Source: Diplonema japonicum
Lineage: Eukaryota > Protista > Euglenozoa: Diplonemea
Assembly: GCA_964019335.1 (NCBI GenBank)
Contig: OZ025693.1
Coordinates: 372,001 to 436,000 of the forward strand
Length of the DNA stretch: 64,000 nt
Reading direction: 5' to 3'
The position numbers and the translations under genes are program-made. Numbering within the stretch: position 1 is the stretch's first letter; each line of letters starts with the position of its first letter. Shown one piece after another: positions 45,417 to 56,720 of this stretch. Below the pieces are notes generated by a model, which saw only the letters and a list, made by a program, of their open reading frames with translations, did not search any database and had not been told where the DNA came from.

Positions 45417-45712
45417 TTTTTTTTTTTTTTTTTTTTTTTTTGCAACTTTTTTTTTTTTGCTCTCCCATAATATCCGCGTTGGAAAAAAAAAGAAGAAGAA
45501 ATATGATATGCATAAAGGAGTGTGGAGATGTTTTTTTTTTCTTTTTTTTTTCTTCATTTGATAATGACGGGAAAAAGGGAAACTTTATAGGTAAAAAAAG
45601 AGAATAGAAGGTAAGGGAATGAGATGATTTATTTACCGAGTTAAGTTCCATTAAGAGTATTAAAAAAAAAAAAAAAAAAAAAGTCGGCTGAACAGTTCCA
45701 AACCATGATTTT

Positions 45713-48061
45713 TTAGTGTCCTCCTCTTTTGTATTTGAATTTGAGGTTTCTCTTTGCACCAACCTTTCCTCTTGTTTTGCGTTCTTTTGCAGTCTCGAAT
45801 TTCTTGGAGTACACCTTGTGGCTCCGCAGAGCCATCGTTGTGAGCTTCTGTTTTTGTTTGACTGCGTTGGTGGAACCTCCGGCTTTTTTCTGCAATTTTG
45901 TCTTTGCCTTGAAAGAAGAACGAAGCGCCTCTGTGGCCGCGTGCCTTTCCTCGGCATCTCTGCGTCTCTTCTTTACGCTGTAAGCCTCCAACAGGTCTGC
46001 TGTCACATTTTCAGAGTCTGGGTCCTCCCTGGTCTTTCTCTTTCGCTTGTTCCTTTTTTTTTTTTTTTTTTTTTTTATCCCTCCACACTCATACCCTTCC
46101 GCCATCTTCTCCGCCTTCAGCCTTTCCATAATCTGGAAGTCTCTCGGGGTCAAGAATTTTGTCTCCATGAGCTTTCCATCACCTATCTGCACCTTCGCAG
46201 CCGCCTCTTTCCTGGCGAGCTCTTCTCTTGTAGTGGGTGCTCCGGGCGCCATGTCTTCTTGAACCTGTATTGGATTTATTTCATCCCCCCCCCCCCTTTG
46301 CTACCTCGAAGTCGTTTTCATCATCGTCATCATCATCATCATCTTCCCCTTCTTCATCGCAGGACTCCCATCCCCCTTCCGACTCATTGTCTGCGTCCCC
46401 CTCTCCCTCATCACTGTTCATGTCGACATCATCTTCGTTGTCGCTCACAGATATCTGTTGTTTTTTTTTTTTTTTTTTTTTTTCCATCATTTTGTATTAA
46501 AAGGCTATACCCATGACCCGCTGGCCCCATCGCTCTCGGACTCTTCTGCGCTCCATTCGTCGTCGTCGGCGCCTTCGTTCTGCGCTCTCTTTTCTTTGTA
46601 GTACTCTTCCAGCAGCGCGAGACCGTCGATCTCGTCAGTTGACGTTTCCGCCGCTCCGAACATCGCGAGCTTCTTGTCAGTGTCGGCGTCCTTTCCCCTG
46701 TCCTTGCGGGCGAGCATCTCGGGGTTGAGCTCTCTGAAGAGCTGAATCATGGACCTGGAAGCCATGACAACACCCTTGTCGCGCTTGAACTTCTTGTACT
46801 GCGTGATGTCCTGCAGGAGATCGTCCGTCATGACGAGCGGCTGGCGTTTGCAAATCTCACGCAGCGTGTTGATACCAACGGTGATCGCATCGGGAGAGGC
46901 ACGGTCGCTGACGAAGTGGTTCGCCACCGTCATCATGAGAGAGTGAATGTTCTCAGGAGGGATCAGGTTGTGGACTGCCTGTGCTGCCCATGCTAGGATG
47001 TATGTGACGTGCTGTTGATGCGGTTCAAGATATCTCTGGATGTAAGGGTAGAAATGAAGCAGCATCAGTTTATGGGTGTTGATAAGCGCAGACAGCACTC
47101 CAATGTGCAGCATTCTCACGTTGAATCTCTCCTTTGTCTTCTGCAGCTGCGCCATGAGCTTCTCCCCGAAGCCCTGTGCGTCGTTGAGCACTTCGATGGG
47201 CTTGAATACGGTATCGACGTACGCTCCTTTTTTCCTGTCGATTTTTGCGATCTTTGCCTTCAGCTTCTCCTTCGCATGGGTTCGTGACTTAGTCTTTTTG
47301 GAGTAGGTACGGCCTTTGTTCACCTTGAGCTCTTCTTCGTCGTCGGAGTCTTCGGTTTCCATGTCTTTGGGGTAGTTCCCCATCAGGAAGCGCAGTGCCA
47401 TGGACATGACCTTGGTGTGTTTGCTGAAGCATGCTTTCGAGATCACGTTCACGATCCTGTCGTCGGACCAGATCTTTCTCCGGTACAAGTCGATGATGAC
47501 CCATAGGGCGTAGCGTCCTGCTGTAGGGTCGTCTTCGGCCACGACTTGGTACATGTAGTTCTGAAGCTGCTTGTTGACCTGCGGGTTCTTCACCTTTGCG
47601 TTCATCTTCTTGACGTCTGAGATGATGTGGTTCAGGAGGATCTTTCGCAGTTCTCTGTCCTTGATTTTGAACAACCTGAAGTACAGCGGCAGTACCTCTT
47701 TCGGTTCAACATAGCTTCTTGCCCTTAGCAAACACAAAGCTTGCACCATTGCCCTTCGGACCTCCTTGTCCAGCACCTCCTTGTGCTTGTCCAGCATGTC
47801 CAGTAACGCTTCGGGGAACCCCCTCGCATCCTTTTTAAACAACGGTGCCACATGGCTCAGAAACGAGATCAGCTCGCACAACGATTTGCTCGGTTGCGTC
47901 GGAGTCAGCTGGAACAACGCGATCTGGCTGCTAAAATGCCTCAACTGAAGCATCACATCGTCCTTGTACCCCTGCGGGTCCCTCTTCACCTTATCCTGCA
48001 GCTGCCTCAAGGTCCCCTTGAAGGACTGCCTGCTGTCCAACACTCCCCCCTGCTTTGACAT
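45713..48061 (-). CDS. SDA1: SDA1 60S ribosome biogenesis protein (spliced)
   Basis: Motifs LQDKVKRDPQGY, ELISFLSHVA, LLHFYPYIQRYLEPHQQHVT, ANHFVSDR, VGINTLREICKRQPL, DKGVVMASRS, KFLTPRDF, GGSTNAVKQKQK. Introns at 46455-46510, 46265-46304 and probably 46053-46094. Confidence 0.93.
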
Positions 48062-48218
48062 CGTGTAGCAGTCCTGGGGAATTCATGTATGGGGTTGCAC
48101 AAAAAAAACAGGCGAAAATGCACATTGGAACAATGGAAAAAAAGGGAAATTTTTGTAATAAATTACACGGTTTGTATTACACAAAAAAGAAAAAGAAAGA
48201 AAAAAAACTAGGAGGCGG

Positions 48219-51200
48219 TCACCCTGTCGCATTTCCACGAGGTGGATAGGGAACCTGTTTGGTAATTCTTTTTTTTTTTTCCTTCTCTTTCTAATGTCCA
48301 TACCTCAAACGAATCACATATGCACCTAGGGCATGCCTGGGCGACTGTAGAACAAGTACCCTTGCTCATCTTCTCAGAGGTGCTACGAATCACAGTGGAG
48401 GACAAAGGGCAGCTGTCAGTGGCAAAATTCTGCATCAGTGTCGCATAGGTTGAGACGGGGAGAGCAAGGTGGTTGCAGGAGAAGACAACCAGGGGCCGAG
48501 TACTCCGTAGGGGTATGGCCACCCTGTCTGGAGAAGCGGCGGGTGGGTCAGCGCGCGCCGGCAGAGAGATCGGCTTGACACCGCGCAGCAAAGACACCTT
48601 AAAAGCCATCGGGAGGGACTTCAGATACTTCGGGGTTGTGGTGAGGACCCCCAGCAGCTCTTTCTCCACCTTGAACTGTTTGAAAAAGTCAACAAGCCCC
48701 TCTACATCTAGCTGCATTCTAGCCCATGCTTCAAGCAATACTCTCAAACAGCTCCTCTTATCTGCCTGAGTCACACCGTGGTGTGGTCCAAATAAGATCT
48801 CCTTCACCCATTCAATGATGACGTCTGCTTGCTTCTCCTTCTCGCCCTTGTACCTCTCCCCCACCCATATCACCACCCATACAACGCTTTTCACGTAATT
48901 CCCCACAATCATCTCTACTTTCCCTGCCACCCTTGCCCTCTTGGTCCATTCGCAGTACTTCTTCACCCTTGCTGTGTCCCACCCCTCCTCGTCCAGCTTC
49001 AGGCACGCCTCATCGTCATACTCGTGCCCCACAGCGCCCTCTTGCTCCAGCACCTCCGCCACGCGCATGAGCAGCAACACCTTCAGCTCAACTTCCAACG
49101 CAGGCACCGCCTCTGAGGCATGCTTCAAGGCAGCGACCTTCTGCACCTTCATGGCAATGGTAGGGACCATGGTGTACTGTCGCGTGTTTATCAATACGAG
49201 CAGCTGATGGTGCCACGGCAGGGTGTGTAACAATGGGGAACACGAGAGGCTGTAGGGGGCCACGTCAGTAAGCTTGCTGAGCAGGTGAGGGGGTATCGGG
49301 ATGGAGAGAGCAGTGGTACGGTTAAGAAGATGGTTCGCAAGGGTCTGCGAGGAGGCAGCGTACGAGACTGCGTGGGCCAGCATCCCGAGCTTGAGAAGCT
49401 TGTCGATCATGAGCAGCGACTGTTCGTCTGTCGCGAGAGAGAGGGACGTGAGGAGGGCCGTTGTGGGCGTGAGGTATGAGGCGGAGTTAGGGCACCCCAG
49501 AGGGCTGTACGGCGATGCTAGGTTGTGCCCTGGGTCATCGTCAGTAGTAGCTACTGATGCGGCAGTGGCTTGCGCGGAGGCTTTCCAGCTGCCTGAAGGG
49601 TGTCCTGACTGCCCTTCCGCCAAAGAGCCTGGCCTCCCTCCTAGACTCCTTGTGGACGAGCTGCGAGGTGTCTCAATGCTCTCCATAGATACAAAGGACC
49701 CACTGCAGTCGCCCACAGGGTCCACAGCGTGCTTGCATTCCAGCACCAGTCCACGGACGGCGACCCAGAACAACACGTGGCAGAATTTCCGCACGCCGTG
49801 CTTGATAATGAACCTGTACACGTCTTCGTCGGACGAGCCGGCCACAAGCCGCCTCAACTGCTCTCTGGGTTCCATCTCCACAAGGCTGTACAGCTGCAGG
49901 GCCCACTTGGGGCTCTTCTCTGCGCACAGTTTTGCTGATTGTTTATACAGTTCGATGATGTCAAGGTTGAAGGCTTTAGCAAGAGCCTCAGCATGGTGTA
50001 TAAGTTTTGAAGGTTCCAAGGGAGGTCTGGAACACCCCGCCCACATGGTTGCCTTGAAGAGAAGGACCGGGTCGGCGGTGGGGGACAGCTCATAGAGAGT
50101 GTTCTCGGTCCAGAGCTCGACAGGCTCGGGTGTGGAATCACTGCTCTGTGACGAAGACGGGGTGACGAAGCCCATCACAAGCTGTTTCTGCCCCAACATG
50201 AGCTCCTGAAGGCAATTATAATCACCCGACCGCCCTCGTGTGCTGCTGCTTGCACCGAATCTTGACAACATCGAGATCTTCTGGTGTCCCGCACCCCCGC
50301 CGTGTGCGAACATCACCAAACCATTCGTCACGCGCACCATGGACGCGCCTGCACCTACGCAGAACACGTACAACGGTGCAGAACACGCGTCATCCGCAAG
50401 AAAGGGGTCGTAGCATCGTATCTGTGTTGCGTCAGTCTTTTGTATTGCTCCAACACACCTCTTGAACGGACGGTTGGTAGACAAAGATACCGCTCCGCCC
50501 GTGGCCCAGGGGGCCGATCCATATCTGAGCAGTTGGAAGCCCACTGATCTCGGCAACTGCCGTCTGGAAAAAAATAAAATAAATGTAAACAAAACCCCCC
50601 TTCAACATACCGGAAGGTGGGGGGAACGTGTGGGAACGGGGGAGAGCGGTGTGGTGGAGCGGGGGCAACGGAGATACGTGATATCTTTCCATGGAAGGTG
50701 GTGAACACCTGGGGACAGCTCAAGAGGCAGGCGGTAGACGTGGTTCGTGAGATCTGTCGATGCGCCACGAGTGCCAACAACGAGAAGTGTAGTGGAGATG
50801 GGAGACGAGGCAAGGTGCAGGTCGTGCGGGCGGATAGGGATCGGGGCACACAGGATTTCCTTCCGTGTAACGAGATCGATGATAACGATGAAGCCCCCAT
50901 CACAGGCGACCACTGCATGATCGCCGCCCGAGCGGTTGCGCCACCACACGATCGATGTGACCTTCCCGATCTGCACCTTGTCCCTCCCCTTCACTCGCAG
51001 TTCGGAAATTTCAATGAGCTTGGTTACATCCTGGTTCGCAGACACGTTGGTCTTTGGGATTTGCAAGAAGCCCCCTAGCCTCGGCACGTCAGGGCTGTCA
51101 ACGACAACTGTTCGTTTATGAAACAGCACCCTAGCTAGCGTCACGAGGTATATGTCGTTGGCTTTCGTTGCTATGAGCAGATGCTCGCCGTTGGGGTCGT

Positions 51201-51486
51201 AGACGACTTGAACGATCTCCTGTTTTCTGTTTGTAAAGTACAAGCAAAATCGTATTACCCCCTTTACTGGGTATCTGGGCAGCTCGCCCCCAAGAGCCTT
51301 TTGAGCGCATCCCACGAACCGGATTACCAAAGACTGGTTCCCTCCGACTACCGTTGTGACTCTGAAGTCACTTCCGGTGAACCCTTGCACCGTCCGTATC
51401 CCTCCCTTCTCCGAAAATTTCATAATCTTTTTAAAATCGTACAGAGTGTACCACCGCTGCTGCTGCTGCGACGCACCCCCCGACAT
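48219..51486 (-). CDS. WD40-like propeller + helical solenoid + degenerate C-terminal RING-like motif (trafficking-complex-type architecture)
   Basis: The two ORFs join in frame through phase-0 introns 50564-50610 and 50422-50458, with a probable last intron 48255-48303. FSCNH...CPRC near the end. Confidence 0.7.
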
Positions 51487-52023
51487 TTTTTTTTTTTTTC
51501 GTCTCTTATTTTCTTTTTTTTTGTTTTAACTACCCCAACGCAGCCAACTGTTTTGGTTTTTTATCATGGGACAGACATTTCCGGGAAAAAACAAAAAAAA
51601 GAATAAGAAAGTTGTGTAAGTGCAAATTAAGAAGGGAAATGGGGGGGGGGGGGGGGGAGAAGGGTAGCAGCAAATATTTATTCGGGAGATGGGGGTGTGG
51701 AATATATAAACAAAGAAGAACAATTAGTGATGAGGAGTTTTTTTTTTTATATTTTTTTTTTATTTATTAAATTTTGTTTTGGTTCCCCCCTCCCCTTTTT
51801 TTGTGCCCGTGAGCCCGTTGTAACAACAAAAAGACGGGGAAATAATACCACCGCAAAAAAAAAAAAAAAAAAAAAAAAACCTGTTAAAACCAGCTCTGAC
51901 AAGAAGAAAATAAGGAGAAAAAGAAGAATTGGCGTGTAAGTTTCCCCTTCTTTGAGAGTGGCTAGGGGGATACCGACGTTGCACCGAGGGGAGAAAAAAA
52001 AAAAAGAATATCGATTTCAGTTT

Positions 52024-53211
52024 TCAAATAGGTTTCTCTGTGTCCAAGAGATGCAGCATGGCAACGTCGCACAAAAGCTGCGAGACGACGGCAGGTACCG
52101 CAGTGGTGGGAATCGTTGCAGGGGGCAGCCCGGATGGTTCTTCCTCTCGGCAGCAATAAGTGGCCAGGGAAATCGGCACGTGGACTGTACACAAATCACT
52201 CCTTATTTCGTTCAAAGAATAACCCAGTTCATGAAGAAGGCGGGGCGACACGGCAAGCACGCACCGCAGTGCCTTGGGTACCTCCAACTGAATGCCCACG
52301 AGACCCATCATTACGCTTTGACACACTAGTGTTGAAGGGGCTTCTGGGGGTCGCTGCAGCACCCCGCCCTCCGCCCGCTGCCAAAAACCGTTGTCCCTCT
52401 CCTGCGGACCCGGGAACGAAATCCCGAATTTCTTTCCCCCGCCCTTGCCGATAGGTATCCGGCATATCAACGGCCCCAGCCTGTTTTCCACCACACTGCG
52501 AACCTTGTCATACAACAACGGCGCGAAGAAACGTAACGCCTTTTTTTTTTTTTTTTTTTTTTTTGTGAAAAAAAAAAATACCTCGATTCCAACATCCACC
52601 ACAGGGCCCGACCTATCTTTCTTGCCATGGATGTCAAAGTGGACGCAACCAGCGGGATCGCTTCTGTATTTTTTCCTAAAAGCGTGCAGCCCGCTGTGCC
52701 ACTGGCTGTGCTGCATCTCATGGCGGTGTAAGTAGTTGGGATCATATCCGTCACGTGGGTCCTTCATCACCCGTGCGTTCCATATAATAAAGCTCGACTG
52801 GTTCTTGAAGGGGGGCGAGTCGGCAAGGCGGAGGACCAGCTCTGTTGTGAACAGTTCCCTGCGGTGCAGCCGCCTTCCGGTGATGCCTGTCACCCATGCC
52901 CACCCGCCTTCTCTCCACACCTCTTTGCCGTGCGGGGCTGTCAGAAGAACAGGGCCCTCCAAGCACACACAGCATGGTCCTAACGACCTTGCAACTGACC
53001 CACCACTCTTGCTCCTCGCCCTTGCAGGTAAGCCAATAGGCGAGCTCTTTCGTTTGACATCACCAATGGTTGCCCTCCTCACCAACGGTCTGCCAGTCAT
53101 ACATCTGTTTATCTTCAAGGCGTTCTGGTCAGGTATTATGCTGTTGCTCCGAGGTGGTGGGTCGCTGCTTCGTTTCATTGCACTCTCTCCCCACCTGTCT
53201 AATATGAACAT
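52024..53211 (-). CDS. Hypothetical protein with Zn-dependent amidohydrolase-like motifs
   Basis: Motifs VLLTAPHG, RRE, DPN, FDIHG, IQLEVP. In-frame intron at 52540-52581. Confidence 0.6.
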   Translation of the reverse strand: MFILDRWGESAMKRSSDPPPRSNSIIPDQNALKINRCMTGRPLVRRATIGDVKRKSSPIGLPARARSKSGGSVARSLGPCCVCLEGPVLLTAPHGKEVWREGGWAWVTGITGRRLHRRELFTTELVLRLADSPPFKNQSSFIIWNARVMKDPRDGYDPNYLHRHEMQHSQWHSGLHAFRKKYRSDPAGCVHFDIHGKKDRSGPVVDVGIEVFFFFTKKKKKKKKALRFFAPLLYDKVRSVVENRLGPLICRIPIGKGGGKKFGISFPGPQERDNGFWQRAEGGVLQRPPEAPSTLVCQSVMMGLVGIQLEVPKALRCVLAVSPRLLHELGYSLNEIRSDLCTVHVPISLATYCCREEEPSGLPPATIPTTAVPAVVSQLLCDVAMLHLLDTEKPI

Positions 53212-53215
53212 TAAA

Positions 53216-53246
<31 letters not shown>

Positions 53247-53248
<2 letters not shown>

Positions 53249-53627
53249 ATTTGTCATTCCCGTAATTTGGTACAATAACATCCTCGAGCTCGACCTTTTC
53301 AGGTTGCGCGGGTGAGATGAAGGTAAGGTGTTCTTTCCAGAGCCGCCGGTCATCGGTGGTGCAGTACTCCCACTCACGGCGAGAGAACTCGAGCCCGTCT
53401 GAGTAGATGTAATCTCCTTTTTCAATTGTGCCTGCTAGCCATGTAGCCTTGTACTGTCCTCCTCCTTCTTCGGCTGTGAAGTGTATCGTGCCTTCTCCTT
53501 CGCATCTGCCGTCGTTGAATTGGCCTTTGTACTGGTTTCCCGATTCCAGTGTTAGCACACCCTCACCATGCATTCTCTTTTCATCTGGTGTTTTCCCCCC
53601 TTCGTACGACTCCCGGCAGTGGTACAT
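53247..53627 (-). CDS. MORN5: MORN repeat-containing protein 5-like
   Basis: Three MORN repeats followed by GDYIYSDGLEF..WEYCTTDDRR, the MORN5 C-terminal pattern. Confidence 0.85.
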
Positions 53628-54147
53628 AGTTTGCCTTTGAGGAAGGTTTTTTTCTTCTTCTTTTTTTTTCCTCTTTTTTTGGCGGTTCAAAAAAAAAAAA
53701 TAATAATAATAATAATAAGAAGTGTTGTGGATGATGATATATTTTTCTTTTTTTCCCCCCTATTTCGTATCATTATGATTTACTTTTTTTTAATTTTGGG
53801 AAGGAAAAAAAAAAAAGAAAAAAAAAATGGGTGTAAAGGAGAGAGAGACCCATTTCATTCTTTTTTTGGGGGGGAGCGGTGGGGGGCGTAAAGGTGGGGA
53901 AAAGAAATGAACAGAAAAAAATAAAAATAAAAAAGATGAGATAAAAATACACCAGAAAAATACTATTTGAATGACCGCAAATAAACAAAAGGAAAGAGGG
54001 AAGGGGGAAAAAGTGAGTAAAGAAAAAAAAATGTGCCTACTAAAAACAGAGTTCTTGTTTCCTTTCTTTTTTTTTTTTTCCAAAACACTTTTTTCTCATT
54101 TTTAAAACTTTATTTTTTCTTTTTGCCGTTTGATACAGGCTTTTTCG

Positions 54148-56016
54148 TCATTTTTCGCTTGGCCACTGCACGTGCCTTTGCGCGTCGGAATTTCTGTTTT
54201 TTTTTAAATAAATCGCGGAACCCATGTCTTTTTTGTTTCTCCTTTTTTTACATACCTTCTTTTCTTCTGCTGCCTCAGCTTGCGGGTTTTTTTTCTTCTG
54301 TTTCTTGAGGGGTTGGGCCATTTCATCCACCTCTTCGTCTTGCTGATTTTGTTGCTGTTTTTGCTGTTGTTTTCGCTTCCGTTTTTTTATGCGTTTTTCA
54401 TCTGCAACCTCCTGTAGAAAGTGGGCATCCTTCTTCGTCGCCTCATCCGTTGTCCCCGTCATGGCGCCCATCCCTAGCTGCTCCCACATTTGGTTCGCGA
54501 TGTCCTTCTCCTGAACGGACCTCTTCTTGGTTTTTCTGGTGTGCCCGAAACCAGGGAAAAGCGTGGGTGCTGGTGGGGCGGCCTCTGCCTCTTGCCGTGG
54601 AGACGTTACTTGATTTGCCCCCGCCTTGATGGACGACAACTTGGCCCGCAGAGCATCCAGCAGCATCAACCGTACTTTGTAAAGCGACGGCTTCTGCTCC
54701 AAGAGCGGTGGGATGGGCTCGCATAGGTTGTTCCTTTGTGGCCGCTTGCCATCGGGCACCAATTCCCCCAGTCCGTGCAGGTTCTTGTTCCGCTTTTCTG
54801 TGGACCAGATTTCCAGTACCATCTTCTCTGCCCCTGTCTTGTGTCCTCCTGCGAGCACTGTCTGTGCGTCCTCCTCCTCCTCCAGCCATACTACTACAGC
54901 TGCTGCCGACACTCTCTTCCCCCTGTACACCTCTGCCTCGCGGACCACCCTCCCACTCACCACCGCCGCCATCGACGCCCACAGCGACACACACCACCTC
55001 CGTGCCACGTCTCCAGACTTCTCCCCGTCATCGTCCCTTCCAATACCCGTCCGCTTCAGCAGCCTCAGCAGCAGCTTTACATCGATCCTCGGGAGGCCCG
55101 TCTCCTCGTTCACCGACACCATGTACTGGTCGGGCAGTGCTAAGTTCCGCCTCAGAATCAGGGAGTTCAAGTGTGTGTAGTGCGCACCCCCTAGGATGCC
55201 TGGTGTGTAGTCCCCACCCAGTGACAGGAACACTGTCAAGGCGAAGTCCCTCCCAACACTGCTGGGAGGCGCGGTCGGCGAGGGGCTCAATGCCGCGAGG
55301 GCCTGTTGCGTGTTGAACAGCGTGACGCCCGTTGTGTCCCAGTCGTCCTCAGGCCACGTGAGGATGTGCGGGGCGGATGCCTTCGGGCCTGAGGAGTTCC
55401 AGGCGGACATAGCAGTCAGCAGGAGATCGTTGTCCCTGGACACGACGCAGAACCTCCCTTTGCCCGTCACCTCGGAACAGCTCTTGATGATGGCCGCCAG
55501 CTTGGTGTCAGCAGGCCCCTTCACGTCACGAGCTACGGTGCACATTAGGCAGTTGGACACCTCACCACTCACGGCTTCCGCCAGCACTGGGTCGGGTCGC
55601 GCCTGCGGGAGGAGCAGGGGCGACACGTAGTCCTCCTGGTCGGTGATCGTTGTCTCGCTTTCGTGATTCTTCCCTCGGATGTACTGTGTGTGTGTGTGTG
55701 TGTGTGTGTGTTGTGCCTCAAGGCATACCTCACACGAAGCCACAAAGTACCTGCATGCTGTGAGGTACTTTCCCGGCTTAGGCTTCTGCCCTTTTCCCAC
55801 ATCTGCTTCGTCTGCCGCTAAGATGAACGCCTTGCGTGGCCGCAGGAGGCGCAGCAGGGCTACCATCCGCTGCACGTTCGCACCGTACAGCACACTGTTC
55901 GCATCAACTACCACAACGTCGAAAGGGGCCACGCTGTCCCCGTCCGTCACGTCTAAGGCACGCACGGCATCAGGGCAGTAGGCCCTGAAGTATTGTTGGA
56001 GCGACCAGACACCCAT
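54148..56016 (-). CDS. XRN-family 5'-3' exoribonuclease-like protein, degenerate
   Basis: MGVWSLQQYF..FDVVVVDANSVLY..LRPRKAFILAAD..SRDNDLLL..RDFALTVFLSLGGDYTP follows the XRN motif order. In-frame (CA)n intron at 55684-55728. Confidence 0.7.
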   Translation of the reverse strand: MGVWSLQQYFRAYCPDAVRALDVTDGDSVAPFDVVVVDANSVLYGANVQRMVALLRLLRPRKAFILAADEADVGKGQKPKPGKYLTACRYFVASCEVCLEAQHTHTHTHTQYIRGKNHESETTITDQEDYVSPLLLPQARPDPVLAEAVSGEVSNCLMCTVARDVKGPADTKLAAIIKSCSEVTGKGRFCVVSRDNDLLLTAMSAWNSSGPKASAPHILTWPEDDWDTTGVTLFNTQQALAALSPSPTAPPSSVGRDFALTVFLSLGGDYTPGILGGAHYTHLNSLILRRNLALPDQYMVSVNEETGLPRIDVKLLLRLLKRTGIGRDDDGEKSGDVARRWCVSLWASMAAVVSGRVVREAEVYRGKRVSAAAVVVWLEEEEDAQTVLAGGHKTGAEKMVLEIWSTEKRNKNLHGLGELVPDGKRPQRNNLCEPIPPLLEQKPSLYKVRLMLLDALRAKLSSIKAGANQVTSPRQEAEAAPPAPTLFPGFGHTRKTKKRSVQEKDIANQMWEQLGMGAMTGTTDEATKKDAHFLQEVADEKRIKKRKRKQQQKQQQNQQDEEVDEMAQPLKKQKKKNPQAEAAEEKKVCKKRRNKKDMGSAIYLKKNRNSDAQRHVQWPSEK

Positions 56017-56154
56017 CCCCTCCCTCCCGCTCCTAGTGGCCTTGAAGAGAACGAAAATGCATAAAAAAAAACTAAAAAGAAAGCAAGGCACCTTGAGAAG
56101 AAGAATTAAAAAAAGAAAAGTAAAGAGACGCGGCATGATAATACCGTGCTCCCC

Positions 56155-56613
56155 TCACAGCTCTTCATCATCAGAAGGCTTCCCATTGGTGTGTGCTACA
56201 CAGCACTGCTGGATCAGCTGGAGGCCACGGAATACAGAAGGGTCGGATTCAGACATAATAAGAAGGTCTTTTATATCAGTGCTAACAAATTGCTGGAGGG
56301 TGATGGTGTACTTGTGCAGCTTCATGATTTGCTGTGCATCTTTGTATGCATCCAGGTCTGTCTTTGAGGTTTCAGGGTCTCCCCCCGCCGCCTTGACGAT
56401 GATACCCACAAGATGCTGCAGTGCAAGACACCCTTCCCTGTCTGAGGTTTTGCTCCACTTCTCGATGTTTACCATCGCCATGTCTGTTCTAGACTTTGTG
56501 TCCATCTTGCGCATTCTTTTTCGTTGTTTCTGTTTTCTGCACGCCACCAATGCCAGCAGCCCAAAGCAAGTGATCGCTAGCAGCAAGGCGAGCATTACAG
56601 GCCAATCGATCAT
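56155..56613 (-). CDS. Small single-pass membrane protein
   Basis: N-terminal hydrophobic helix followed by a basic patch, about 150 aa. Confidence 0.65.
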   Translation of the reverse strand: MIDWPVMLALLLAITCFGLLALVACRKQKQRKRMRKMDTKSRTDMAMVNIEKWSKTSDREGCLALQHLVGIIVKAAGGDPETSKTDLDAYKDAQQIMKLHKYTITLQQFVSTDIKDLLIMSESDPSVFRGLQLIQQCCVAHTNGKPSDDEEL

Positions 56614-56720
56614 GCTAGCACACACCCCTTCACCCTCCTTTTTTTTTTTACCCCCCTTTATCTACAGCTGAAGAAAAATAAATAAAAGGGTAAACACCTC
56701 CATATATATTAAAAAAAAAA

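Noticed and set aside
4518-53627. Functional clustering of flagellar genes (channel, CFAP97-like, MORN5)
   Set aside because: They are far apart and mixed with unrelated genes, as expected by chance in a flagellate.
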